A DNA stretch of 64,000 nucleotides, taken from Chrysomallon squamiferum. Its lineage: Eukaryota > Animalia > Mollusca. How positions within the stretch are numbered: the stretch's first letter is position 1; each line of letters begins with the position of its first letter. Location: assembly GCA_012295275.1 (NCBI GenBank), contig CM022665.1:34162001-34226000 (forward strand), in the 5' to 3' direction. The position numbers and the translations under genes were made by a program. Positions 1 through 12,387 of the stretch are shown piece by piece. The notes below the pieces were generated by a model. That model was not told the origin of the DNA. It did no database searches and worked only from the letters and a program-made list of their open reading frames with translations.

Positions 1-653
1 TGCTTGCTGTACAGAGAATGTCACTTATTTCTGGAAATGACAATCTGATTAATTTTGTACTTGTATGTATCTAATGCATTTTAACCATTCAAACTATCAT
101 TTTAATCATTCAAGACTGCCAAGCTTATTTCATATATTAGCAATATTTTATAGAAAAATGTTACAGTGCACAACAGCAAGAATTCATAATGCTTTTCCTT
201 AATAATAAACAAGAAATAAAATTATTTAGGAATAGTTTTATAACTAAATTGCTATTATTAATTAAGTAAATTTTATTTTCACTTTTTTCCACTGATATAC
301 AACTGCAACATCAAAAGTTGTTAATACAGAGGATTCAGCAACTTTTTATGAATTTCCCTGACCAATACAATATGCAGATTTCCTGAAACAGACTGTCAAT
401 CTAATGAAACGTTTCAAATCTCCAATAAGATGCTATATATGCATGGTTAGAAGAGTGGTCAACAGGAAATAATGCATGCACAAATTATTCATACGCCAGT
501 ACCAGACATCTATGAACAATTTAAACAGAATCAAATGGAATTACCCATCAAACTGCAGACATTGCAACAATACAGCTGAAACTTAACACATCCTCATATG
601 CAGTCCCATAACAACACAGAAAACAACTATCTACACCATCAATACTCTATATA

Positions 654-1742
654 GGATACGGTGGGACATTCCTGGCTTACAGCAACTATACTGTTCTGTC
701 CAGGCTTCTGGAACTTTGTTGATATAAATACAACCTTCCTATCTCCAAACGATGTAACTAATCAGCCATTTACACATGGAGTATAGCGGTCATGAAAGTA
801 GTCAAAACAATTTTTTTTTTTTAAAGTGCATTTTGAGGTTTCAAATACGAGTTATTTTTTTAGTTCTTTAGACATAAGGTTAGTGATAACTTATTATAGG
901 TAAATATAAAATCAATTATTAAGTTCAGCAGAAGAAAACCGATTAATATGTGGTAATTAGGCAAGGAGTGTGTGTGTTTTATTTAACTCCACCACATAGG
1001 CAATTCTGGCCCTGATATAGTCCATTCTGAATTTTATTTAAGTTTTTTGAAACAACTGAATGTCCACAGTCCATCTTTTGGGACATGTCATCAAACTTCA
1101 AATAAAATGAAGAGGATGAGGTATGCCAAGGGACTGACAGATGACGAATGCGTCACAAGGTATGAAGAAGTGTTGTCAGAGAACAGGAAGATGGAGGAAG
1201 AAAAGGTAGAGAGAGCCAAGGTGAGAGGTAAAAAAATAATAACCAGAAGAAGATACCAAAGGTAAAACGGCAGCTCAATTTGAATGTTACAGCAGAACCG
1301 GTGGATGCAGTCAAAGAAAATGTTGGCGGTGACGAGCCTGAACCAGAAAGACAGAAATGTAGTAAATACACAAGAAAAATGTGAACTCTGTAGCAGAGTT
1401 GATGGTGGCATAATCATAGGATGTGATGGGTACCCAAACTGGTATTGTCTTGATCCTTGCGCAAACCTCGAAATCCTAGCTGTTGCAGACTATTATATTC
1501 TTGTGTGATATTTGTCAAGGAGTTTAGTTTATTAAGTTTTGAATCTTGTCTTGTATAATGATTAGGACTAATTTGAGGACTGAAATACATCATGGTAGTA
1601 GGGGCAAGATTTACCCTCGAAAACTCTTTTTAACCTGATTCCCATTTCAAAAGTATAAGCACTATGCATGTAGTTTTTGTGTGTTTTGAAGCTATAGGTG
1701 AGGTTGAATGGAAAATGGGGCCAGATTTACCCCACCTTATCC
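654..1742 (+). mobile_element. Non-autonomous pogo/Tc1-mariner-superfamily DNA transposon remnant in EEF1G intron 4
   Basis: Imperfect TIRs: GGATACGGTGGGACATTCCTGGC at 654 versus the reverse complement of the right end, GGATAAGGTGGGGTAAATCTGGC, ending at 1742. TA flanks both ends (652-653, 1743-1744). Broken ORFs at 1047-1520 encode a charged helix and a degenerate PHD-like finger (CELC...IGCD..PNWY...C). Confidence 0.65.
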
Positions 1743-4663
1743 TAACTGTATGCGACACCACACAAAAACTCTGACAAACAAGTTGTTTCTTCAGCCTGGC
1801 ATCCTAAGCCTGACTGGGATAAATAAAGAAAACAAACCATTTCAAATAAAAGTCCTTGTCTGAAACATCTAACAGTACTTTGTAATTAATAAATTTGCAA
1901 CAAAGGTTAACCAAAACAGTGAAACAGAATGGGTGCACTTGTGAAATACCATTTTATTATTTTGCTTACAACTCACTGAAACAAGGTCTGATGTATTTCA
2001 TCTGCTTTATTAAATTTTCATGACAGTCTCAACTGATTTCTTAGGTCTATTTTTTTTTTTCAGATCTTAGTCCATTTCTGGAATTCTACCAGTGGCAACA
2101 GTGATAATTTAAGTGTTTGAAAACTGCTTTTCACCAGTTAACAGATGTAACTGGTTGCAAAATATCAATTTAATGTATCTCCACTTCTTACACGATAGCC
2201 ATTTTAGACCAGCATGCCTTTTGATGGAGAAATTAATTCTTTAGTAAAACATTTTAGCCAAAAAGAACAATTTATACATTTCTTGTGCTACTCCAATTAA
2301 ATTTTTTTAACTGATCCTTTTTTCAAAACAATAACCAAGTACATAAATATGAGAAATATTTACAAATGCTCCAGCAGCATACAAATAGGTACTGGATGCC
2401 TAGCCGATATAATTGGTTGAAGCTGTTAAAAGTTCAGATTTTGTCCATTTTCCTCCACTCCCAAATCCCTTCTATAAACCTACCATAAAAAACAAATACA
2501 AGTAACTAAAGATCTTTATGTGCTCTTTTAAATGGTGGTGTTGTTCTTGTTGTATGTTAAATCAGTTCTTTGTACAGAGTGTTAAACGCGGTGGGGGTAA
2601 ACACACTTCGGCGCCCATGATCCTAAAATAGGGTTGCTCCACAAACACCTGGCTTGTTTTTGCCAAAATGGGTACAATGTTATTTTTAGCACAGCTAGGA
2701 GGGTCAAAGTTCAATCTTTCTAACAGTGCATGTCGTCACTGGCAATGGCTTTTATCAAAAGGTGTGTCCAAAAATATACTTTTTCATGCCTTCAAACCTA
2801 TTTTGAAAAAAACTGGCTGAAAATAAAACCTATGTTCATGGGATCAAATGAAAGATCATTCAATTACCTTTCAAACAATGAGAGACACTACGGTGTGTCT
2901 TTTTTGGTGGAAAGAACCTCCATGTTTGAAAGTAGTACGTGCTTGGCAAAATCGCCATTATGTTACATTTTTTACAGAATAAAATCGCCATAGATTTTAT
3001 GTACAGCTAGAAAGGTCTGGCACTGTTTAAAATGGTTACATTTATATGTCGTTTATATTTTTAATTAACTTGTTGGTTGTTATTTTTTCTTCAGTGTTCC
3101 TACTTTTAGCGCATACATTATAGCATGTGCATAGCGAAATCGCATTGTGAAATAAACGAATTAACATTGTTTTGCCGAATACTATCTTCAGTTTAAAACC
3201 ACTGATTATTTTGCATTCAAAATTCTTGCGATAAACATCGAATTAAGAATCGTATACATAAACTATACAACATAATAGAACAAAGTATTCAGAGGTATTG
3301 ATGGAATGCTGAATAAAAATCTATTTTAAAAATGTTTTGCTTATTGATAAGCTCTATCAGAGAAAATTTCAAGAATGGTCAGATGATAGGTAACTTTTGT
3401 TTGCTGTCAAATTACAGCAAGTACAAAGCTAAGAAAATTCATTTATGTTTGGTTCAAATGAGACTTAACACCTGTGTCTTTAATTGCCTCTAGTCTCACG
3501 ATTACATACTTTTTATTGTCCCTGATTAATAACTGCAACACTTTTCCGGAGTTGACTCCAAGGATTAGCTGAGTTTATGTATTGCAAAGGATTATGGTTA
3601 AACATCAAATGCTTGTAGACCTTTTAAGTAACATTTATATATATGTATGATATATACACATCAAAGTATCTGAACTTATTACTACAAATTATTTAATAGA
3701 GTGAAAACTGAAGCTGCTTATGTAAATAAAGTTGTAAATAAAGCTGTTCTATAAAAATTGAAAAGGTAATTTTTTATTTTTATGGGCTTGGCAATTTTGT
3801 TTTGATGTTTTTTGTTACAAATGTTAAATTCATGTATGTCATCTGAAAGATCTTGATAAATTGTTCACAACACAGGTTGAATTTGTCAAATAAGACAAAA
3901 ACTGAAACCACAGTGTCTATTCACACTTTTAGTCATTCTGCCACATGTTATTTTGACGATTTTTGGCAAGTTTAGCATGTTATTGTGAACACACATAAAA
4001 ACATACAGGTCTGAAACAAATTGAGCTCATTTAACGAGTTGGTCCCAGCACTCTTGTCGATTTTAAGTCTTTTGTATCAGTTATTTTTCAAACTACTGTT
4101 GGCCAAAGTTGCCCTTTCTGCTAATTAGCCAAAATAGGGCTAAAAAACAACCAAATACCTGTTGTACCTATTTGCATGTATTTTCTTGACTGCTGGAGAT
4201 TGAAAACACACAAAAAATTATGACTTTCTTTTTGCTATGTGATATTTTTTTTTGCATATTATATGAAACTGAAGTCAGAAAAAGTTTGCCTGCTGGTACC
4301 TAATACAAATATAAATTATACCTAATCAGAGTCTTAAACTTTTGAACAATCTAATGACTGTCTTTACCTTTCTAGGCAAACTAACAATATTCTTACTCTA
4401 AATAACAATGAAAGTTTACCTGTTAATGATTATGCATTTTCTATTATCATATCACCTATTTATAATATTACTTTGCAAGAATGTATGACACTGGCATACA
4501 ACTTGCAAGTATTCAGGCCATTGGCAACACACTCCAATGACTAATTTCATCAAGTTCATTTATATCCTCATCCTACATGTTGTGCCATTTATCAGACAAG
4601 CATGTCTTAGAATGGAGAATTTGACCTGTTTTTAAAAATGATAAAGAAAAATATGTTATATAC

Positions 4664-7205
4664 CTGTTTGTTGTATTGAATCACGCCAAGGCATGGGAAA
4701 ACCCAAGTGCAAGCCGATGGAATAATTTCATTGTCTCCAAAACTGATCCACTGCTGGATTTTAGCAGCATCTTTTGGATTACTTCCTGACAATTGCGAAT
4801 TTCCCACTGGAGAGAGAGAAAAAAATAAAAAATAAAAGCCGACTTGGTAAGTAGGTGGTTAGACAAATTTGAATTTAAATATAATTTAAAATTCTTTATC
4901 TACACATGTAATGGTTTAAAATTATAAAAGCAGCATTTTTCAAATTGGTGACATTCGTTGTTTTTTTTTCAGAGCAAGAAAGAAAAAATTACACTACAAG
5001 CTTAAGCAAAAACAATTGATAATTGGCTTATTTGTTATTTGTTACTAACCATAATGAGCTATTGCATTGCTTTCAAAAAGGCAGAAACCATCTCCTGATT
5101 CAAAGGCTGGAACCTAAACAAAATGAAAGATAACTACAAATCTAAACTTGAAAAATCAGATAATAGAAAATTGGTTACTTAAACAATTGTATTGGTGAAT
5201 ATTCATTTAATAAAAATAAAAAAGGAAAACCAAAACTATTTCTTCAATAAATAATTTTCTGTTGTGCATTTATAGTGCTGCATTTAATTTAACTATTAAT
5301 TTTATTATCACTGACAACATTACACACTGGATATTATAGGTATCTGGATGTAATCGCCATATGTTGCAGCTATTTCGCATTAACGGGCTGTTCCACTTCA
5401 CCCTCTCTCACTTGAGGATGTGCATTGTTTGCTCGCTTTTATTGTGTTACTTCTGGGGGATTCTAGTATAAAATCAACAAGCATTCTGTTTTTAATATTT
5501 TGATTTGGTCAAGTTTTTCTGTTTTTAAAAATTACAAATGTTCAACACACTATCAAGCAGTTGCAAGTATGCTGTTAACCTTACAACTTGAAACATGGTC
5601 AGTTCAGCAAAGTGTCATGGCAGACCAATTGTCCTGCTTAATGACTTGTATTTGAGAAAGAATTATTTGGACTTATTTATCTTACACAAGAATGATGGAA
5701 AAAGATGTCCTTATGTTATACCGGCAATTTTTCATCCACAATTGTATCAATGTCTTCGGATTTTAAAATAATATGCTTGTTTGAAAGCGAAACATGGCTG
5801 TCAGGTTACCATTTGTGTTTATTAAACTTACTGAAAATGATATTCCTGGCACTCTTAAGACAATTATTTTGTTTGCAAAATTCTAACAATAAATGGCAAA
5901 TTAAACAATGAATCTAAGAAACTTTGCTCAAATGCTGAATTAAAAATAAACAACTTTTTTTTTTTAATATCAGTAATTGATTTTTAAAACAGTTTATTCA
6001 GGTTAAAGTGCTGATTAGCTCTATCAGAGAAAACACCAATAATGTTCTGATGATAAGTAACTTTCGTTTGCAGTCAAATCACAGCAAGTACAAAGCCAAG
6101 AAAAATCTTTATGTTTCTGTTTCAAATATCCACCTTTTAAAATTTAATTCACTGAAGGGAAAAATGGAAAATCTACCACTTTAATCTCAGACAATGAACA
6201 ACTGTGGAAAACTGGCAATTCATTTTTGCTGAAACTTCTTTTTTTGCCAAGTTTTTTTTTATGACAAATGGTCTAAAAATGCAAGTGGCGAGTTATTTTA
6301 CAATACACAGGCACTGTTTTAGTTACAGTGCTAGCTAAAAACAGATGCAGGCTGCAACTTGTACAAGCCCTTTTTTCTTAAACAACTTAAAACAGTGTTT
6401 AACTGCACAAAAATAAGCACTTATTACAGGCTTTGAAATTACTGTTACTTCCTTAATATTCAACATTAACTTCATCTTGGTGTCATTTTAAAGGGGTCTG
6501 AAAATTTTGTCAACATACTTAGTTATTACTGATTCTAGAACGGGCATGGACAGCCTTTTTGAGAAGCAGGCCACATGAGACATGGCTCATCCTCAGGCGG
6601 GCCGCAGGTACCAATTTTTTGTTTTTATGTAGTTTATTTTAAGAAATTTTTCGTTTTCTTCAGTAACTGTTATAATAAAAAAATTACATGCGTTTTAGTA
6701 TATTAGTAGATACAAATTTTGTGAATTTTGAATTAACGTTATTTTCCTTGTGAAATTAGGCTGGCCAATCAAAGCCGCAGTTTGCCCATGACTGTTCTAG
6801 AATAAACTTGAATACTTTTGTGCACATTTTTAATGAAACTTATGTTTCACAATTGTTTCTTTCCGACGACTCACATTGCAATACAGAATTAATATTATAA
6901 TTTGTGGCGAAAATACCTTTCCTAATGGAAATTTTGAAATGAAATCTTTGCTTTTGTTAGTTTCACCGAACTTAAAGTCAGCTGGTACTTTCAATTCCTT
7001 CCCGCTGTACTCGGAAGCTATGAGAGCTTTATAAGCTCGGAAATTTCCTGGATAGGTGTAAAGTGTCTGAAATAAATATTAAACAACGATGTTAATAAAC
7101 TAATATACTATATAAAAATCATAAAACCCGAAATTTTTTAATAAAGATGTCTCTGATAAAGGATAGATACTACACGTGAAATATAGCACTCACACCGACC
7201 GCCAT
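4664..7205 (-). CDS. EEF1G: Eukaryotic translation elongation factor 1-gamma, exons 1-4 (N-terminal GST-like domain); later exons not found in the window
   Basis: Exons 7205-7194, 7066-6917, 5113-5050 and 4806-4664, all GT-AG and in phase. Translation: MAVG|[22 protein letters not shown]...[18 protein letters not shown]|[21 protein letters not shown]|VGNSQL...[30 protein letters not shown]. This matches the eEF1G N-terminus. Confidence 0.96.
6541..6794. mobile_element. hAT (Charlie-like) MITE in EEF1G intron 2
   Basis: Imperfect TIRs CGGGCATGGACAGC / GTTTGCCCATGACTG. Perfect 8-bp TSD TTCTAGAA at 6533-6540 and 6795-6802, matching the NTCTAGAN target preference of Charlie-type hATs. Confidence 0.8.
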
Positions 7206-7347
7206 GTCATAGGCTGAAAAGGACATGACGTACCGGTATAATTTGGGATATGCGCATTTGCTCATTTAAATTATCAGTAACCCGGATGATTGACTGAAAT
7301 TTACATGAAGGAATTTTGGTTTATATTTTTGATAACAAATTAGCACA
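7206..7347. promoter_or_regulatory. Bidirectional promoter shared by EEF1G and calcineurin B, with a TCT/5'TOP start for EEF1G
   Basis: Only 142 bp separate the divergent start codons. The minus strand reads TCCTTTTC at 7223-7216 (fits YYCTTTYY). Also TGACGT at 7226-7231, TGCGCA at 7251-7256 and CCGGATG at 7282-7288. Confidence 0.75.
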
Positions 7348-10300
7348 ATGGTAAGCGAAATGAGTGAAAATAGATTCATTATGACGTATAACCAAGCATC
7401 TGTTTGTAAAAACTCAACATTCGTTTATATCTAAGACATTTTCTTTGCTTGATGAATTGCAACCAGAAGCTGTCATTGGCAACATTCAGCTTCTAAGAAT
7501 TTGACATAATCGGATTTATGCTTTTGTTTCATTTCCTCAATTAAAGTGCAAAAAAACCATATATATATATATGTAAAGATGATAAATAAATGCGCCAAAG
7601 GTTTAAATGCAATCCATGCTTACCTACAAAACAAAAAGTAAATATTCCGTTACAGTTCTCAAACATTAATAGAATAAATATTCGCCTTTAAAATGATACC
7701 AAGATGTTTATAATTACTAAATTAGTCAATTTTTGTGAAAGTCATGATTTTTTTATTTGATTAAAAAATCTGGTGGTTTTTTTTAGCACAAATGTATAGG
7801 CTCACAGAATCCAAATTAAAGTAATTATAACTTTCTGTGAAGGAAAACAATGTAACAGAATGAAAATAACTGAATAACAGTTTAGGATAACGTCCTGAAA
7901 AATGTAGGTAAACATGTGATCACTGCTTTGCACATGCATACATCCAGCAAACATTTAATTCCCTGAAGTGGAAGTAAAATAAACATCCAACTAAATGGCA
8001 GTATTTTTATCAAGTGACCTAACACAAGGCAATCAAGTTTGTCTAAAATATTCAGTAGGACAGTGTTCAACAAAATGCAAGCTATTTAATGAAAGTGTTC
8101 CCTTTATGCATTTCTAAAACTTCAACCAGTTAGTACAACACAAAGATACATGAGGTAGAAAACAATTGGTCATAGAGTTTTTAAACAAAACTGGTCTGAC
8201 ATCAGGGCCTCATTCTGCTGTGTTTGAAAGTGGGAACATGCTCCTTCCAGTTGCTGTGCATAACAGCTAGTGATTTTTATAAGCATATTCCTTCCCACAG
8301 ACAGGAAAACAATTGGCATGGACTTTGATGAACCATTTTGTCAAATGTGGGAAAATTCCTTCCATTCTTAATGAATGAATGAATAAAGAAGTCATGAAAA
8401 AAATACCTCTTTTTTTCTTTTTTTTCAAGCCTTTATTTTAAACTTCATATAATTTCATAAATACTGGAAGAAAAGAAAAAATTATTTGACATAATGAAAT
8501 TTAAATGGTAAAAGAACAAATTATATCAAAACACTGGGTAAAAGGTCTTAGTCAAATCAAGTTTACCCAAATCATATAGTCTGGTGAGGAGTGGTATTTA
8601 TTACAAGCCAACAGAACATTTGTAGTCATTCAGGCCATTAATTATAACTGATACTTGAAGTCTGATCAGCACTTTGTGATGATTCAAGATTTTAAACATA
8701 ATGTGACCGTAGGTTTAGAAACAGGAAAAAAAAATGGTGTATCTGTAATTCATTAAAGATTTAAAGGGGATTATAGAATTTGGTTGTCACATAATGTTAT
8801 TAGTATACAACAATATATAAATAAAGAATTCCATGTTATATATTTTTGAATTTAGAATATAGTATTTCAGATTAAACTTCAAAGAGATAAACTGAATGGT
8901 TAGACTTTTACTTACAAAATCTATAATAAACTATCTAAATAAATTATTTATCAATGATGAAATGCCATTCATAGAATCACAATTTCTTTACCCTTTTGAA
9001 TGAAAAGGACGAATATATCTTTATGATAAACTTAAGTGGAGAATATGTTTTTATTATTATTATTTTATTAATGTATTCTGAAGACGTGATGATTTTGTTT
9101 TTTGTTTTTATGATTTATTTTATATATATATATATGTATGTATATAATATGATCTTTTCAGGGAAATGAAAATAGTCTTCCCATGGAGCTCTGCTCAAAC
9201 TGTAAGCACATTTTTATACAATTATTTCATTGTGATATTGGTGTAATATATACTCAAACAAAAAAGAAATGCAAAAGTAGATTTTATTGACATCGGGAAT
9301 ATCTATCTAATGGATCAACAGAAAGCAGCAGAATGTTCACATTTTACACACACTTTCGCAATTCATTAACATTGATGGTATTACACTGAAAAGGTTAAAG
9401 TTCAAGGTTATAACAGTATAATATCAATATCTTGTGTGCCCACCATGGGAGTCTAGAACAGCCTGACATCTCCTTCCCATGGCAGTAATGACATGAATTA
9501 CACCTTGTGGAATGATGGCCCACTCTTTCTGTAGTAATAATGCCAACTGAGCACGATTCTGTGGCTATGGTTTATGCCGCCTTGGTCGTACATCCAACTC
9601 ATCCCATAAATGCTCTGTAGGGTTCAAATCTGGAGATTTCAGAGGGCCAGGGCAGGACCTGAATGATATTGTTGTGTAGGTACGCTGTTGTGAGTCTGGC
9701 TGTATGTGGTCTCACATTGTCATGCTGGAATACAGTGTTACTATTATTCATAATTGGAGCGACATGTGGCTGCAAAATTTCATCTCGGTATCTCTGTGCC
9801 ATTAAGTTGCCTTGGATGTGAACCTGGTTGGTCCTGCCAGTGTATGAGATTGCTGCCCACACCATCACACTACCACCGCCAAATCTGTCCACTTTCTGTA
9901 TGCAGTTTGCAACAAAACATTCACCACGATGTCTGTTCTCCATCGTAATTGTGGCTAGACTCTGTGCACTTGACACCACTGATGTTGTTGAGTCAAAACC
10001 ACTCTTCTTACAGGCCATCTGGCTTGAATACCTGCCTCACATAAACGATTGCGCACTATCTGAGCCAATATTCTACGCAGACCTGGTATTGCTGAAGCAG
10101 TAGAGGTTGCTATGGTGGTTCTTTCCCATAGATGAAGTAGCCGTATGTAGTGGTCCTGGGCCCTGGTGGTACACGTGGTCTACCTGATCTGGGACGGTCA
10201 CGTGTTTGATGTTGCTGGAACCAATACCACAATCTCAAGTTGGTGCTTGGGGATACATGGAACACCCAGGCTACAGCTGAGAAGGATTCGCCAGCTTGTA

Positions 10301-12356
10301 AATGGCCGATGGCATTGTTTCGTTGCGGTTCACTCAGTTGTGGCATTTGTTTGATGTTGGGTCAGAACTAAAATAACGAACAGAAGTTTTTGAAAACCTT
10401 GCATTTTTATAACCCTCATATTCAAGTTTCATGTGCCGCATGTGCACATGCACTGGTAATGTGGTTTGCATGCAGGGACATTTTGGCTAATAAACACAAT
10501 CATTGCCTTTATTTTGTGTTACCTGCTTTTCGGCGACTGTAACTAAAGCTATATGTTTGAATCACCAAATGTCATATTCATTGTTTGTACATCGATATGT
10601 GTCAGTTTACAATAGTTATCTAAGAAATCAACCATTTTGCATTTCTTTTTTGGGAGAGTATATTTTGTAGCCTCCACAGTCAGTATAAAACACTATAGAG
10701 CACTGATATCAATAACATTGGTTTAAAACTCAGAAATTTATCAGTCTATTAAGTTATAAAGGCATTTAAAATATATGCACTTTAAAAATCGGCTGCAAAA
10801 TTTGTTTTATTTAGTTTTGAAAGATGTAGTTATAAGTGAGTAAACTGCTATTTGTAACTTGTTTTTTGTTTTTTATAATTGTTGATTATATTGCTTTTTG
10901 TTATACAAGTATGATTATATATGCATTCTGTAAATTGAAAAGTTTAAAATATTTGTGGGATATATTTATACAGTTGATCTGGATGAAATAAAACGATTGG
11001 GCAAACGTTTCAGAAAATTAGATCTGGACAACTCTGGTTCCCTCAGTGTAGAAGAATTTATGTCTTTGCCTGAATTGCAGCAAAATCCATTGGTACAACG
11101 AGTCATAGATATTTTTGACACAGACGGAAATGGAGAGGTAGATTTCAAAGGTTGGTGAAGCCAATTCCATTGTTGTATGGCAAAGACCTCAAGAGTGTAT
11201 CCTTACAAACTAATATTTTAATGTTATTTTATACTTTACTGAATCCAATAATCTAAGTAATGTGAAATAACTGGAATATTTGTATTTTGTACCATTTAAC
11301 ACCTTAGATTTTTATAACTGGGACAAAAACCTAGCTTGCAAATTACCTTTATATTTTTATAAGGTAATTTAATGATTGTTTTTCAGTTTTTCAATTTTTT
11401 TTATTTAGTTACTTTATTTTACATCTATCATTTATTTTTTTACTGCTAGTATTTCAGTAATATAATTTTGCACACTTTATTTTTATTTTATGTACACACT
11501 CACATATATTGAAGCTATTTAACATTATTTCCAAATTAAAATATAATAAATATGCAGTATTATATATTTCAAATGAATGTAATTAAATCTTTACAGCATT
11601 TATTTTTTTAAACTTGGGAATTAAAGAGCAATTTCTTTTTTTAAATTTCACAAATAATAGCTTGTTGGTAAATGAAGCATATGAGTTCCTCATTTTATGG
11701 TGACTATTTTCAGAATTCATAGAAGGAATCTCACAGTTTAGTGTTCGTGGAGATAAGGAATCGAAGATGAGGTGTAAGTGTAAGCGTCTGTTTGTCCCTG
11801 GCTGAGATATGCCCCTTGGGACTTTATCCCATTGCATGTTTCTGATGGTAGCATTTTTTATTAAAATCTAATTTATATAAACTGTCTCATCCATGTTACG
11901 ATTAGTGTGAATATAAATCAGTATTAATTTATTATTTCTAAAAAATGAATTAAAAGTAATACAATCAATGTAATAATAGAAATCTAATATTTTGTAATGT
12001 AAATGTATTTAGTAAATTAGAAACTAGTTTGTTATTTTAAGTTTCAAATATAAGTAGTCATTATCTTAAGCATTTTTTTAAAAAGAAAAATGCAATAACT
12101 CAACATTTATTTTTTGTAGAAAAATACCAAACGGACATATATTTATTATTTTGTAAAGCATTTCTGTTTAGGTATAAATTTCAGTCTGACTGATAAACAG
12201 ATAATTTTTCAAATTTATTGAATTTTATTTTAATTTTGTGAAAGGTGCTACCATTCAGAAAATGCACCCCAGAAATTCTCATTTGTTTTTCAATTATTAA
12301 ATCCATCAGAAAATTGTTACTTTCATTAATGGTTTAATAACAAATATATTGATGTA

Positions 12357-12387
<31 letters not shown>

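Noticed and set aside
2575-3030. ORF 2730-2993 and its less AT-rich surroundings
   Set aside because: Probably a non-autonomous transposon fragment, but TIRs and TSD could not be resolved and the peptide has no recognisable motif.
3513-3625. Possible H/ACA snoRNA on the minus strand (ACATAA hinge, terminal ACA)
   Set aside because: I could not build convincing hairpins on either side of the putative H box.
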